64,000 nt of DNA from Actibacterium sp. (lineage in GTDB: Bacteria; Pseudomonadota; Alphaproteobacteria; Rhodobacterales; Rhodobacteraceae): contig JADQCB010000015.1 of the NCBI GenBank assembly GCA_016278325.1, positions 15,479 to 79,478 on the forward strand. Reading direction: 5' to 3'. Of this stretch, positions 1 to 10,863 are shown one piece after another. The notes under the pieces were generated by a model, which made no database searches, was not told the DNA's origin, and saw only the letters and a program-made list of their open reading frames with translations. Made by a program: the position numbers and the translations under genes. Numbering within the stretch: position 1 is the first letter of the stretch; each line of letters opens with the position of its first letter.

Positions 1-1
1 T

Positions 2-676
2 CCGGGTATGGCCGCCCGCCGCGATCGACCATTCGTTCAGAACGATCTGCTGCGCACCGATCCCGGCGCCGCACCATTGCGCATCGGGCGCAAGGCGTTC
101 GATCGTCCGGATATAGAAATCGAACACCTCGCGGTCCGCCAGCATGGCATTCTTCACGCCCATCACGAATTGCACATAGAGCGGCTTGCGCAGGACGCCG
201 GTTTCGGACAGGCGCACGGCCTGCAGGATGTGGGACAGGTCGAAAGCCTCGATCTCGGGCTTGATCTCGTATTTCTGCATTTCACCGGCCAGCCATTCGA
301 CCAGATCCGGCGGGTTCTCGTAAACCCGCGTGGGGAAATTGTTCGACCCGACGGAAAGCGAGGCCATGTCCGGACGCAGCGGCAACATGCCGCCGCGTTC
401 CTGCCCCGCGCCCGAACGGCCACCGGTCGAAAACTGGATGATCATGCCGGGGCAATGGGTTTTCAGCCCCTCCAACAGCCGGGCAAATCTTTCCGGGTCC
501 GAGCTGGGCGTTTCATCGTCGTTGCGCACATGGCAATGCGCGATGGCGGCGCCGGCCTCGAAAGCCGCCTGCGTGCTTTCGATCTGTTCTTCCACGGTAA
601 TCGGCACGGCAGGGTTGTCCTGGCGGCGTGGCAGCGATCCGGTGATCGCGACGCAGATGATGCACGGTTTGTTCAT
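2..676 (-). CDS. 3-keto-5-aminohexanoate cleavage enzyme family protein (BKACE/DUF849); 3-prime end lies outside the window
   Basis: Absent from the ORF track because it runs off the window edge. My reverse-complement reading from CAT at 674-676 gives MNKPCIICVAITGSLPRRQDNPAVPITVEEQIE..AIAHCHVRNDD..QFSTGGRSGAG, a typical BKACE N-terminus. Its ATG overlaps the stop of the upstream gene (ATGA). Confidence 0.75.
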   Translation of the reverse strand, partial: MNKPCIICVAITGSLPRRQDNPAVPITVEEQIESTQAAFEAGAAIAHCHVRNDDETPSSDPERFARLLEGLKTHCPGMIIQFSTGGRSGAGQERGGMLPLRPDMASLSVGSNNFPTRVYENPPDLVEWLAGEMQKYEIKPEIEAFDLSHILQAVRLSETGVLRKPLYVQFVMGVKNAMLADREVFDFYIRTIERLAPDAQWCGAGIGAQQIVLNEWSIAAGGHTR

Positions 677-1398
677 GTTTTCTCCTCGATCAGGTCGCTC
701 AGGATTTCGGCCAGCGCCGCGGGGGCGGAGAGCTGCGGGAAATGACCGCTATCCAGCGCGCGCATGTCGGTTTCCGGCGACGCGGCCAGCATCGCGCGTT
801 GCAGCGCGGGTGTCACGGTGCGATCCTGCGTGCAGATGACATAGCTGCGCGGGACGGTGCCGAAACGCGCCTCCGTCAGCCGGGCCGGCTCGGTCTGGCC
901 GCGGTTGGGCTGGCGCGTCAGCTGAGCTAGGGCGCGGGCCTGCTGCTGCGGTGTCGCGTCGGGAAAAAGGACCTCGGCGGCCTTGTCCGGGTCCAGCGTC
1001 GTGGCGCCCTTTTCCGGCCCGCGCCGCACGGCAGGCATTATGCCGGGCGCCTCCTGTTGCTTGATCAGATCGACCAGGGACTGCCCGTCGCGCGGCAGGA
1101 AGGCGGCGACATAGATCAGCTGTCGCACCTTGTCGGGGACAAGTTCCGCCGCAGCCGAAATGACCATGCCGCCCATGGAATGGCCGATCAGAACCGCCGC
1201 GTCGCCGGCGCGCAGCACATCGGCCACATGGGCGGCATATTCGGACAGTCCGACCTGGTCGGGTGGCGTTGGATCGTCACCATGGCCCGGCAGCGTGACC
1301 GCGTGCACGTCATGCCCGGCGCGCCGCAAAGCCGGAACCAGGCTGTCCCATGCGGCGGCACAACTCCAGGCGCCATGAACCAGGATGATGCGTGCCAT
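673..1398 (-). CDS. alpha/beta hydrolase (esterase-like)
   Basis: ORF 673..1554. Internal start MARIILVHGAW (CAT at 1396-1398) fits the family N-terminus. GHSMGG nucleophile elbow is present. Confidence 0.75.
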   Translation of the reverse strand: MARIILVHGAWSCAAAWDSLVPALRRAGHDVHAVTLPGHGDDPTPPDQVGLSEYAAHVADVLRAGDAAVLIGHSMGGMVISAAAELVPDKVRQLIYVAAFLPRDGQSLVDLIKQQEAPGIMPAVRRGPEKGATTLDPDKAAEVLFPDATPQQQARALAQLTRQPNRGQTEPARLTEARFGTVPRSYVICTQDRTVTPALQRAMLAASPETDMRALDSGHFPQLSAPAALAEILSDLIEEKT

Positions 1399-1571
1399 GA
1401 ATCCCCCTCTTCCCGGTCGGGTCTGTCGGTGCCGTTGCCCGATCACAAGGCGGGAATTGCGGGCCGGGGTCAAGCATCGGGACGACACCTGGCCGATCCG
1501 GCGCCGTGAGAGGGTGAGGCAGCGCGGAAGGCAATTGTCGCCCCGATGGGTCACGGCTGCCGTTCACCGGG

Positions 1572-2786
<1,215 letters not shown>

Positions 2787-2796
2787 TCAGTGTCAA

Positions 2797-3879
2797 CTAA
2801 ACCCGGTCGCGGAGCCGGACCTGCGCGACGATCTGGCCGTGATCGGAGGCCATTGTCGTGTCGGGTGGTGGCTTTGGAAGAATATGGTCATTGAGGGTAA
2901 GGAAATCCTCGATCACGCCCAGCCCGTCCGGAAAATCCGGGTGGAAATGGCGCGACACGAGGATGCGATCCAGATTGCCGAAGGCGGTGGTCAGCGCCGT
3001 TTCGCGCGACCGTGCCGGCGCCACGAGGTCGGCGGCGGAATGCAGGTGAACCGCGCTTATCTGTTCGTCGATGCGCGCGGCCTCTTCGGCGGTATGGAAA
3101 TCGTCGGCTTTCCCCGCGTCGGGGCGGCGCAGGGGGGCATCGCCGACGAATGGCGCCTCGCCGCGAACGATCTCGGACGACACGGCGCCCTCGGTGTCGT
3201 TGAAATCGCCGGTGATCATGACGGGGTGCCCATGGGCCAGTTCGTCAAGGACCAGGCTGCGCAGCACCCAGGCCTCGGCCATGCGCCGGAGCCCGGCGCG
3301 CAGAAACCCCATTGCCCGGCCGGCCGCATCGTAATGCAGCAGGTCAAGTTCCGGCGAATGGCGGGCGCCATGCGGGCGGACATATTCGCCGAGCCTCGAT
3401 TTCAGATGGCAGTTGAAAACCGTGACGACGCGCCCCCCGACCGCAATGCGAAGCTTCTGTATCGGGCGCGACAGGCGTTTCAGGGCGAAATGCCCGGCAT
3501 CGCCGCCGCCGGGGTGGTGGAATTCCATGTCAATTGGCGGATCCAGATCCTGCACCGTCTCGGGCGCGGCGGCAAACCCCCTGCGCGACAGGACAGCGAG
3601 GCCCGGCTTGCGATCGGATACGCCGCCATCCGACAGGTTCGGCGCGAAGGCAAGCGCCGCATCGTCTTCGCCCGCGGCGCCGAGAACGTCGCGCAGCGCG
3701 TCTTCCTCGAATACTTCCTGAAAGCCGATGATATCCGCGTCCATCCGGCGCAGTTGCCCGGCCAGCCAGGCGACCTTGGCGCGGTATTCGGCCGGCGTAT
3801 ATCGCGCGAACCTGTAATACTCCCGCTCCGGCCCGATCAGGTTTTCCACATTGAAACTGCCGATGCGGAACCGCGTCAC
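2797..3879 (-). CDS. endonuclease/exonuclease/phosphatase (EEP) family protein
   Basis: ORF 2797..4104. Start taken at GTG 3877-3879 (VTRFRIGSFNVENL), which overlaps the upstream stop as GTGA. Motifs GFQEV, NCHLKS, TGDFND and SDHG are typical of the EEP fold. Confidence 0.7.
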   Translation of the reverse strand: MTRFRIGSFNVENLIGPEREYYRFARYTPAEYRAKVAWLAGQLRRMDADIIGFQEVFEEDALRDVLGAAGEDDAALAFAPNLSDGGVSDRKPGLAVLSRRGFAAAPETVQDLDPPIDMEFHHPGGGDAGHFALKRLSRPIQKLRIAVGGRVVTVFNCHLKSRLGEYVRPHGARHSPELDLLHYDAAGRAMGFLRAGLRRMAEAWVLRSLVLDELAHGHPVMITGDFNDTEGAVSSEIVRGEAPFVGDAPLRRPDAGKADDFHTAEEAARIDEQISAVHLHSAADLVAPARSRETALTTAFGNLDRILVSRHFHPDFPDGLGVIEDFLTLNDHILPKPPPDTTMASDHGQIVAQVRLRDRV

Positions 3880-4856
3880 GTCCCGTCCCCGAACCGCTTG
3901 ATCGCATCGCAGAAGATATCGGCATCGACATTGCCGCCCGAGGCCACGGCGATCACCGCGTCGCCCGCGACCTGCCCGGGGTGATAGAGCGCGGCGGCCA
4001 GCGCCACGGCCCCGCCGGGTTCGAGCACGATCTTGAGGCGGGTGAAGGCCGCGGCCATGGCGCGTTGCGCCTGCTGTTCGGTCACGACCAGCCCGGACCC
4101 GCAAAGACGCGCCATGATCGGGAAGGTCAGCTTGCCCGGCGCCGGCGTTATGATCGCGTCGCAGATCGAGCCGGATGTCCGTTCATTGGACATGATCGCG
4201 CCGTTTTCGAGAGAGCGCGCGACGTCATCGAACCCTTCGGGTTCGACCGGGCGCGCGCGCAGGCCCGGCGCCTTCGCTTCCAGGGCCAGCGCGATGCCCG
4301 AGGTCAGCCCGCCGCCGCCGCAGCAGACCAGCACATCGCCATCCGTCACCCCTTCGGCGGCGGCCTGCGCGGCAATCTCCAGCCCGGCCGTGCCCTGCCC
4401 CGCGATCACCTGCGGCTCGTCGAAGGGTTTGATCAGGGTCAGGTTCCGCTCTGCCGCCAGGCGCGCGCCGATCGCGTCCCGGTCCTCATGCGCCCGGTCA
4501 TAGAGCACCACCTCGGCCCCCAGTCCGCGCGTGTTGGCGATCTTCAGGCGCGGTGCGTCCGAGGGCATCACGATGACCGCCGGGATGCCATGCGCGCGCG
4601 CTGCAAAGGCCACGCCCTGCGCATGATTGCCCGAAGAAAAGGCGATAACGCCGTTGCGGCGCTGATCTTCGGGCAAGGCCGATACTGCCGACCAGCCACC
4701 GCGAAACTTGAAGCTGCCGGTATGTTGCAGGCATTCGGCCTTGACCAGCACTCGCCGCCCGGCGATCTCGTCGAGAAAGGGCGACGACAGCAACGGCGTG
4801 CGCCGCACCTGCCCGTCAAGCCGCGCGGCGGCGGCTTCGATCATTTCGATATTCAT
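3876..4856 (-). CDS. PLP-dependent serine/threonine dehydratase family protein (threo-3-hydroxyaspartate ammonia-lyase / serine racemase-like)
   Basis: 326 aa. HTGSFKFRG lysine motif, SSGNHAQG and GGGGL loop. Confidence 0.8.
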   Translation of the reverse strand: MNIEMIEAAAARLDGQVRRTPLLSSPFLDEIAGRRVLVKAECLQHTGSFKFRGGWSAVSALPEDQRRNGVIAFSSGNHAQGVAFAARAHGIPAVIVMPSDAPRLKIANTRGLGAEVVLYDRAHEDRDAIGARLAAERNLTLIKPFDEPQVIAGQGTAGLEIAAQAAAEGVTDGDVLVCCGGGGLTSGIALALEAKAPGLRARPVEPEGFDDVARSLENGAIMSNERTSGSICDAIITPAPGKLTFPIMARLCGSGLVVTEQQAQRAMAAAFTRLKIVLEPGGAVALAAALYHPGQVAGDAVIAVASGGNVDADIFCDAIKRFGDGT

Positions 4857-5674
4857 GCGGTTTCCTTCAGGAAGTCGCGGATCGCGGCCAGCGCCTCGGG
4901 CTCGTCGAGAAACGGGATATGGCCGCGGTCGGGAACCTCGGCGAAGATCAGGCCGGGGTGGCGCCGGGCCATCTCGTCCGCCACGGCGCGCGAGAGAAGC
5001 TCGGAATTCGCAGCGCGGATCAACGCCACCGGCTTGTCGGCCAGCGCATCGAACAGCGGCCAGAGGTCCGGCGCCTCGGCCTGATATGCCGCGGCGAAAG
5101 CGGCGCGCAGGGCAGGATCATAGTTGATCTTCAACCCGTCCGCATCGGCGTGGTAATGTTTGCGGGCTTCCTCCAGCCAGCGGCTGTCGGGAACATTGGC
5201 AAAGCCGGGCATGTTGCGCGCCATTGCCCGCGCCGCGGCCGCATGTGTCGGTGCCGCCGGATCGCGCCCGATATAGCCGAGTATCCGCTCCAGCCCCGCG
5301 CGCTCGATCACCGGGCCGACATCGTTCAGGCACAGCCCGCGCAGGCGGTCGGGATGGGTTGCGGCCAGCGCCATGCCGATCAGCCCGCCGCGCGATGTGC
5401 CCAGGATCGCAACGGAGGCCAGGCCGAGGTGATCGAGCAACGCAATCGCATCCTGCGATTCGCGCGCGATCGTGTAGCTGTCGGCGCCGGTCCAGCCGGA
5501 TGCCCCGCGCCCGCGATAATCCATGGCGATCATCCGCACCCCGTCCAGACAGGGCGCGAGATAATCGAAATCCGACGAATTGCGGGTCAGCCCTGCCAGG
5601 CAAAGCAGCGGCTGCCCGGTCCCGGAGTCACGATAGGCGATGCGCGCCCCGTCATCGGCAGTGAAATGCTGCAT
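4853..5674 (-). CDS. alpha/beta hydrolase
   Basis: 273 aa. GTSRGG nucleophile-elbow-like motif and typical fold-length architecture. ATGA overlap with the next gene. Confidence 0.7.
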   Translation of the reverse strand: MQHFTADDGARIAYRDSGTGQPLLCLAGLTRNSSDFDYLAPCLDGVRMIAMDYRGRGASGWTGADSYTIARESQDAIALLDHLGLASVAILGTSRGGLIGMALAATHPDRLRGLCLNDVGPVIERAGLERILGYIGRDPAAPTHAAAARAMARNMPGFANVPDSRWLEEARKHYHADADGLKINYDPALRAAFAAAYQAEAPDLWPLFDALADKPVALIRAANSELLSRAVADEMARRHPGLIFAEVPDRGHIPFLDEPEALAAIRDFLKETA

Positions 5675-6364
5675 TCACAGGCTCTTGGCCAGGTCGGGAA
5701 TCGTGGTCAGGTCGGGCAGGATATGCTGCGGCACCCATGGCAGCCTGTCCACCGGCTCGCCCGCGCGATTGACCCAGGCGGTGGTGAAGCCATAGCCGGT
5801 GGCCGCGGCCGCGTCCCAGCCATTGGAGGACACGAACAGAACCCCGTCCGGGGCGCAACCGAAGCGCTTGCCGACCATGTCATAGACCGACCGGTGCGGC
5901 TTGAACACGCCGACGCTTTCCACAGACAACACGTCATCGAGATAATCGCCGATCCCGGCCGATTCGACCGCGCCTGCCAGCATGTCGGGCGATCCGTTGG
6001 ACAGGATCGCCGTCTGCTTCTCGGCGTTTTTCAGATCGCCCAGCATTTTCGGCACCTCCGGAAAGGCGGCCAGTTCCCAGTAAAGCGCCAGAAGCCGCTC
6101 GCGCAGCTCGGGATCGGTCAGGTCCGCCGCCTCCATCGCCCAGTCGAGACCGCTTTTCGTGACCTCCCAGAAATCGGTATGCGCTCCGGTGATCGCCCGC
6201 AGCCATGTGTATTGCAACTGCTTGTGCCGCCAGTCGCCTGCCAGCTTCGGCCATGTTTCGGCCAGCGCCTCGTTACCCGGTTCGGCGGCGGCGGCCCGCG
6301 CGGCCGCCGAGACATCGAACAGGGTGCCGTATGCGTCGAAAATGCAGGTGGTGATCGCCATCAT
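5675..6364 (-). CDS. haloacid dehalogenase type II (L-2-haloacid dehalogenase family)
   Basis: ORF 5675..6394. Start at MMAITTCIFDAYGTLFDV. Motifs DAYGTLFDV, RHKQLQYTW, SNG and FVSSNGWD. Confidence 0.85.
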   Translation of the reverse strand: MMAITTCIFDAYGTLFDVSAAARAAAAEPGNEALAETWPKLAGDWRHKQLQYTWLRAITGAHTDFWEVTKSGLDWAMEAADLTDPELRERLLALYWELAAFPEVPKMLGDLKNAEKQTAILSNGSPDMLAGAVESAGIGDYLDDVLSVESVGVFKPHRSVYDMVGKRFGCAPDGVLFVSSNGWDAAAATGYGFTTAWVNRAGEPVDRLPWVPQHILPDLTTIPDLAKSL

Positions 6365-6534
6365 TTGCCTCGCTTTCGCCGCCGAGATTGGCACAAGCGG
6401 CGGAAAACCGGAACCCCCGCCAGGCCGCCGGGGTTTACATCGCGCGTCAGTTCACTAGGTTCTCCGGACGCCAAGAGAACCCGCGCGGCACAGGCGCGGC
6501 CTCTGCAAATTCATCTCACGACATCAGGAAAAGC

Positions 6535-6966
6535 ATGATGACCCAGGTAAAAGCGGGCGACAAGGTTCGCATTCATTACGACGGCACGCTGGCTGACGGC
6601 AGCACTTTCGACAGTTCCACGGGCCGCGACCCGCTGGAATTCACGGTCGGATCGGGCGAGATCATCCCCGGCCTCGACAAGGCGTTGCCCGGCATGGAGA
6701 CCGGCGAGAAAAAGACGGTCGAGGTGCCCTGCACCGAAGCCTATGGCGAGCGTAACCCCGAAGCCACCCAGTCGGTGCCGCGCGAGCAAGTCCCCGAGGA
6801 CATCCCGCTGGACGTCGGCACCCAGCTGCAATTGCAGACACCCGAAGGCCAGGCGGTCCCGGTCACCGTGGCCGAAGTCACCGAAGAAAAGGTCGTGCTG
6901 GATGCCAACCATCCGCTGGCCGGCAAGGATCTGACCTTTTCCATCGAGCTGGTCGAAATCGTTTGA
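6535..6966 (+). CDS. FKBP-type peptidyl-prolyl cis-trans isomerase (SlyD-like)
   Basis: ORF 6388..6966. ATG at 6535 gives MMTQVKAGDKVRIHYDGTLADGSTFDSS with an insert-in-flap region and HPLAGKDL. Confidence 0.85.
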   Translation: MMTQVKAGDKVRIHYDGTLADGSTFDSSTGRDPLEFTVGSGEIIPGLDKALPGMETGEKKTVEVPCTEAYGERNPEATQSVPREQVPEDIPLDVGTQLQLQTPEGQAVPVTVAEVTEEKVVLDANHPLAGKDLTFSIELVEIV

Positions 6967-7027
6967 CTTGCGCCATGGCCCTGCCCGCGCTTTCATGCCG
7001 GCGAACGCCGCAGGAAGGGGCAGGGCC

Positions 7028-7627
7028 ATGGACAGCCGGATTGAAAGGCTGATCGCGCGGATCCGCGATGCCGAGGACGCGCTGGCCGAAGAGATGGATG
7101 CCCGCCGGGCCAGGTTCCGCTATCGGGTCGAACGCGGGCGGGTGATCTTCGAAAAGGATGTGCGTCGCGCCCATAGAGAGGCGCGGGAAAGCCTGCTGAG
7201 CTTTCTGTCGCGCACCCGGCCTCTGGTGGTGCTGAGCGCGCCGCTGATCTATGGCCTGATCGTTCCGTTGGTTCTGCTCGACATTTTCGTGAGCCTCTAC
7301 CACGCCGTCTGTTTTCCGATCTACGGGATAAAGAAGGTGCGGCGCGCCGACTATATCGCCGTCGATCGCCACAAGCTGCAATATCTCAACGGCCTGCAAA
7401 AGCTGAACTGTGTCTATTGCGGATATGCCAACGGGCTGATCGCCTATGTGCGCGAGGTGGCCGGAAGGACCGAGCGGTTCTGGTGCCCGATCAAGCATGC
7501 CACGCGGTTGAAGGACTCGCATCCGCATTACCCCGATTTCATCGAATTCGGCGATGCGCAGGGGTTTCGGACGCGGATCGATCGACTGCGCGCACAGCGC
7601 AACGCGCCGGACCGCGACGGGCGGTGA
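7028..7627 (+). CDS. conserved hypothetical membrane protein with CxxC-x21-CxxxH motif
   Basis: ORF 6968..7627, ATG at 7028. One clear hydrophobic segment (LVVLSAPLIYGLIVPLVLLDIFVSL), then NCVYCGY..FWCPIKH. Confidence 0.55.
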   Translation: MDSRIERLIARIRDAEDALAEEMDARRARFRYRVERGRVIFEKDVRRAHREARESLLSFLSRTRPLVVLSAPLIYGLIVPLVLLDIFVSLYHAVCFPIYGIKKVRRADYIAVDRHKLQYLNGLQKLNCVYCGYANGLIAYVREVAGRTERFWCPIKHATRLKDSHPHYPDFIEFGDAQGFRTRIDRLRAQRNAPDRDGR

Positions 7628-7702
7628 CATCGCCTGCGATGCCGGTCCGGGTCCATGTCGACGCCACGCCCCCCAGGCGCGCGGCGGCACAGGCCGTGGC
7701 GG

Positions 7703-8491
7703 TCAGATGTTTTCCGGCTGCGGCATGCCCAGGACATGAACGCCGCCATCGACAGCGATGATCTCGCCCGTGGTGCAGCTTCCCTGGTCCGAGGCAAGGT
7801 AGACGGCGGTGCCGCCGATCGCTTCGAGCGTGGCATTGGCGCGCAGCGGCGCGTTGGCGGCGGTGTAGCGGAAGGTCTTTCGCGCGCCGCCGATGGCGGC
7901 GCCGGCCAGGGTCTTCATCGGACCGGGCGAGATCGCGTTGACCCGGATCCCGTCCGGGCCCAGATCGTTGGCCAGATAGCGCACCGCGGATTCCAGCGCC
8001 GCCTTGGCCACGCCCATCACGTTGTAATAGGGCGTCACCCGGTTCGACCCCTGATAGGTAAGCGTGATCAGCGATCCGCCGTCGGGCATCAAGGGCGCCA
8101 CGCGGCGGGCCACGTCGATGAAGGAATAGCACGAGATCGTCAGCGAGGTCTGGAAATTCGCCCGTGACGTGTTGACGAACCGCCCGGTGAGTTCGTTCCG
8201 GTCGGAATAGGCGATGGCGTGGACGAGGAAATCCATGCGGCTCCAGTGCCGGGCCAGCTCGGCAAAGGCCGCGTCCATCGAGGCGTCATCGTTGACGTCG
8301 GCATCGATCAGGATATCGGAGCCGAGCGATTGCGCCAGCGGTGCGACCCGTTTGCCGAACGCTTCGCCCTGATAGGAAAAGGCCAGCTCGGCCCCTTCGG
8401 CGGCCAGGGCCTGCGCGATGCCCCAGGCGATCGAGCGTTCATTTGCGACGCCCATGATCAGGCCGCGTTTTCCCGTCATCAGGTCAGGCAT
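7703..8491 (-). CDS. fabI: enoyl-[acyl-carrier-protein] reductase (NADH)
   Basis: 262 aa. GKRGLIMGVANERSIAWGIA and the YNVMGVAKAALE catalytic Tyr/Lys region. Confidence 0.9.
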   Translation of the reverse strand: MPDLMTGKRGLIMGVANERSIAWGIAQALAAEGAELAFSYQGEAFGKRVAPLAQSLGSDILIDADVNDDASMDAAFAELARHWSRMDFLVHAIAYSDRNELTGRFVNTSRANFQTSLTISCYSFIDVARRVAPLMPDGGSLITLTYQGSNRVTPYYNVMGVAKAALESAVRYLANDLGPDGIRVNAISPGPMKTLAGAAIGGARKTFRYTAANAPLRANATLEAIGGTAVYLASDQGSCTTGEIIAVDGGVHVLGMPQPENI

Positions 8492-8497
8492 CTGCGC

Positions 8498-9727
8498 TCA
8501 TCCGTTATATTTGCTTATGACAAGGGTGGCATTGGTGCCGCCGAAGCCGAAACTGTTGGAAAGGACGCTGTCGATCTGTGCGTCTTCGCGCAGTTCGGTG
8601 ACGATTTCGCCGTCGTGAATCTCGGGGTCGAGCTGGGTGATGTTGGCCGATGCGGCGATGAAATTTCCCCGCATCATCAGGATCGAATAGATCGCCTCGT
8701 GCACGCCGGTCGCGCCGAGGCTGTGACCGGTCAGCGATTTGGTCGAGGCCATCGGCGGCGTATTGCCCTCGCCGAAGACGCGGCGCACGGCCTTGACCTC
8801 GGTCACGTCGCCTGCCGGGGTCGATGTGCCATGCGTGTTTATATAGTCGATCCGACGGTCCGCAGGCAGCGTTGCCAATGCCAGTTTCATCGAGCGTTCG
8901 CCGCCCTCGCCGGAGGGCGCGACCATGTCATACCCGTCCGAGGTCGCGCCATAGCCGGTGACCTCGCCATAGATCGTCGCGCCGCGGGCCTTCGCGTGTT
9001 CCAGTTCCTCCAGCACCACGACGCCGCCGCCGCCGGCGATCACGAACCCGTCGCGCGTGGCATCGAAGGGGCGCGAGGCGGTTTGCGGCGTGTCGTTGTA
9101 TTTGCTGGACATCGCGTTCATCGCGTCGAACAGGCATGAAAGCGTCCAGTCCACCTCTTCGCCGCCGCCGGCAAAGACGATGTCCTGCTTGCCCATCTGG
9201 ATCTGTTCGACCCCGTTGCCGATGCAATGTGCCGAGGTCGAGCAGGCCGAGGTGATGGAATAGTTCACGCCCTTGATCTTGAACGGAGTCGCCAGGCAGG
9301 CGGAATTCGTCGATGACATGCAGCGCGTCACCATGAACGGGCCCATCCGTTTGGGGCTGCCCTTTTCCTTGACGATGGTATGGGCGGCGAACAGGTTCGA
9401 TGTCGACGGCCCGCCCGAGCCCATGATCAGCCCCGAGCGTTCGTTCGAGACCTCGTTCTCCTCCAGCCCGGCATCGGCGATCGCCTGTTCCATCGCGATG
9501 AAGTTATAGGCCGCGCCGGGCCCCATGAAACGCAACTGGCGCTTGTCGATCTTCTCGGCCAGGTCGATCTGCGGAATGCCCGCGACCTGGCTGCGAAAGC
9601 CGTTCTCGGCATAGCTGGGTTCGGACACGATGCCCGACCGTCCGGCGCGCAGGCTGGCCTCGACTTCCCGGGCGTTGTTGCCGATGGGCGAGACGATGCC
9701 GATTCCGGTGATGACGACACGGCGCAT
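8498..9727 (-). CDS. fabB: beta-ketoacyl-ACP synthase I
   Basis: 409 aa. Active-site [14 protein letters not shown] and GHSLGA. Lies between fabA and fabI. Confidence 0.9.
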   Translation of the reverse strand: MRRVVITGIGIVSPIGNNAREVEASLRAGRSGIVSEPSYAENGFRSQVAGIPQIDLAEKIDKRQLRFMGPGAAYNFIAMEQAIADAGLEENEVSNERSGLIMGSGGPSTSNLFAAHTIVKEKGSPKRMGPFMVTRCMSSTNSACLATPFKIKGVNYSITSACSTSAHCIGNGVEQIQMGKQDIVFAGGGEEVDWTLSCLFDAMNAMSSKYNDTPQTASRPFDATRDGFVIAGGGGVVVLEELEHAKARGATIYGEVTGYGATSDGYDMVAPSGEGGERSMKLALATLPADRRIDYINTHGTSTPAGDVTEVKAVRRVFGEGNTPPMASTKSLTGHSLGATGVHEAIYSILMMRGNFIAASANITQLDPEIHDGEIVTELREDAQIDSVLSNSFGFGGTNATLVISKYNG

Positions 9728-9757
9728 GGCGATGCTCCTTTGCCGGGCGGGGCCCGA

Positions 9758-10264
9758 TCAATCCTTGAAAAGGCCGACTTTCAGGTTCTCGGTCGAATAT
9801 ATGGGCTCGCCATCGGCCAGCATTCGACCGTTGGCAATACCCATCTTCAGTTTCCGGTCGATGACGCGGGTGAAATCGACCAGGTAGGTGACTTTTTTGA
9901 CATCCGGCGTGACCATGCCGGAAAATTTCACTTCTCCGACACCCAGCGCGCGGCCGCGCCCCTGCATGCCGCGCCAGCCGAGGTTGAACCCGGTGAGCTG
10001 CCACAGTGCGTCCAGCCCCAGGCAGCCCGGCATCACCGGGTCGCCGGGAAAATGGCAGGCGAAGAACCAGAGATCGGGTTTGATGTCGAACTCGGCCACG
10101 ACGTGACCCTTGTCATGCGCGCCGCCATCGGCCGATATCTCGGTCACGCGGTCGACCATCAGCATCGGCGGCTCTGGCAGTTGCGGATTTCCGGGGCCGA
10201 AAAGCTCTCCCCGCGCACATTGCAAAAGCGCGTCCCTGTCGAAGCTGCTCGGAAAACCGGCCAT
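9758..10264 (-). CDS. fabA: 3-hydroxydecanoyl-ACP dehydratase/isomerase
   Basis: 168 aa. [24 protein letters not shown] signature. Confidence 0.9.
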   Translation of the reverse strand: MAGFPSSFDRDALLQCARGELFGPGNPQLPEPPMLMVDRVTEISADGGAHDKGHVVAEFDIKPDLWFFACHFPGDPVMPGCLGLDALWQLTGFNLGWRGMQGRGRALGVGEVKFSGMVTPDVKKVTYLVDFTRVIDRKLKMGIANGRMLADGEPIYSTENLKVGLFKD

Positions 10265-10440
10265 GCCGTCTTGCCCCCTTTGTGGTCTGTGGTTCTTGAC
10301 CGTTCCCCTCTATCATCGGCGTTTGCAGGCTTGCAAGAACCCAACAACCCGCAGCGCCGGCCGCGGCACGATGATTTGCGTTTGAAATCGGTGCGGTCGT
10401 GGGCCTATATGAAAGGTGTGAAACAGGTGGAACACGCGAC

Positions 10441-10863
10441 ATGAACCCCGAAGCGATCGACCGTGGAACCGATTGGCTGACGGCGGCCGGGCTGCGCCCG
10501 ACACGACAGCGTATCGCGCTTGCGGCGCTTCTGGTCGGCGACGGGCACGATCGTCACGTCACGGCCGAAAGCCTGTTCGCGGCCTCCGAGGGCGCCGGCG
10601 AGAAGGTTTCGCTGGCGACCGTGTACAACACGCTGCGGGCCTTCTGCGATGCCGGGTTGATGCAGGAAGTGATGGTCGACGGAACGAAAAGCTATTTCGA
10701 CACCCGGGTGGACGATCACCCGCATTTCTTCTGGGAAGACGATGGCAGGCTGACCGACGCCCCGTCCGACGAGGTGAAGATCGCGGGGTTGCCGGCCGCC
10801 CCTGACGGGGCCGAGATCTCGCGCGTGGACGTGGTCATCCGGCTGCGCCGCGCCGCGGGCTAA
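10441..10863 (+). CDS. irr: Fur-family iron response regulator Irr
   Basis: ORF 10399..10863, ATG at 10441. LRPTRQRIAL winged-helix start and DHPHFF motif. Divergent from fabA, as is common for irr in alphaproteobacteria. Confidence 0.8.
   Translation: MNPEAIDRGTDWLTAAGLRPTRQRIALAALLVGDGHDRHVTAESLFAASEGAGEKVSLATVYNTLRAFCDAGLMQEVMVDGTKSYFDTRVDDHPHFFWEDDGRLTDAPSDEVKIAGLPAAPDGAEISRVDVVIRLRRAAG

Noticed and set aside
8-745. 245-aa plus-strand ORF at the left edge
   Set aside because: It is antisense to a BKACE-family gene that reads cleanly on the minus strand (MNKPCIICVAITGS..). Its own translation is Arg/Ala/Gly-rich with no recognisable motif. Typical high-GC artefact.
10323-10336. TTGCA-GGCT-TGCAA in the fabA/irr divergent spacer as a possible Fur/Irr operator
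   Set aside because: Only 5-bp arms. It does not resemble the Irr ICE box (TTTAGAA-N3-TTCTAAA) that I recall. Too short to separate from chance.
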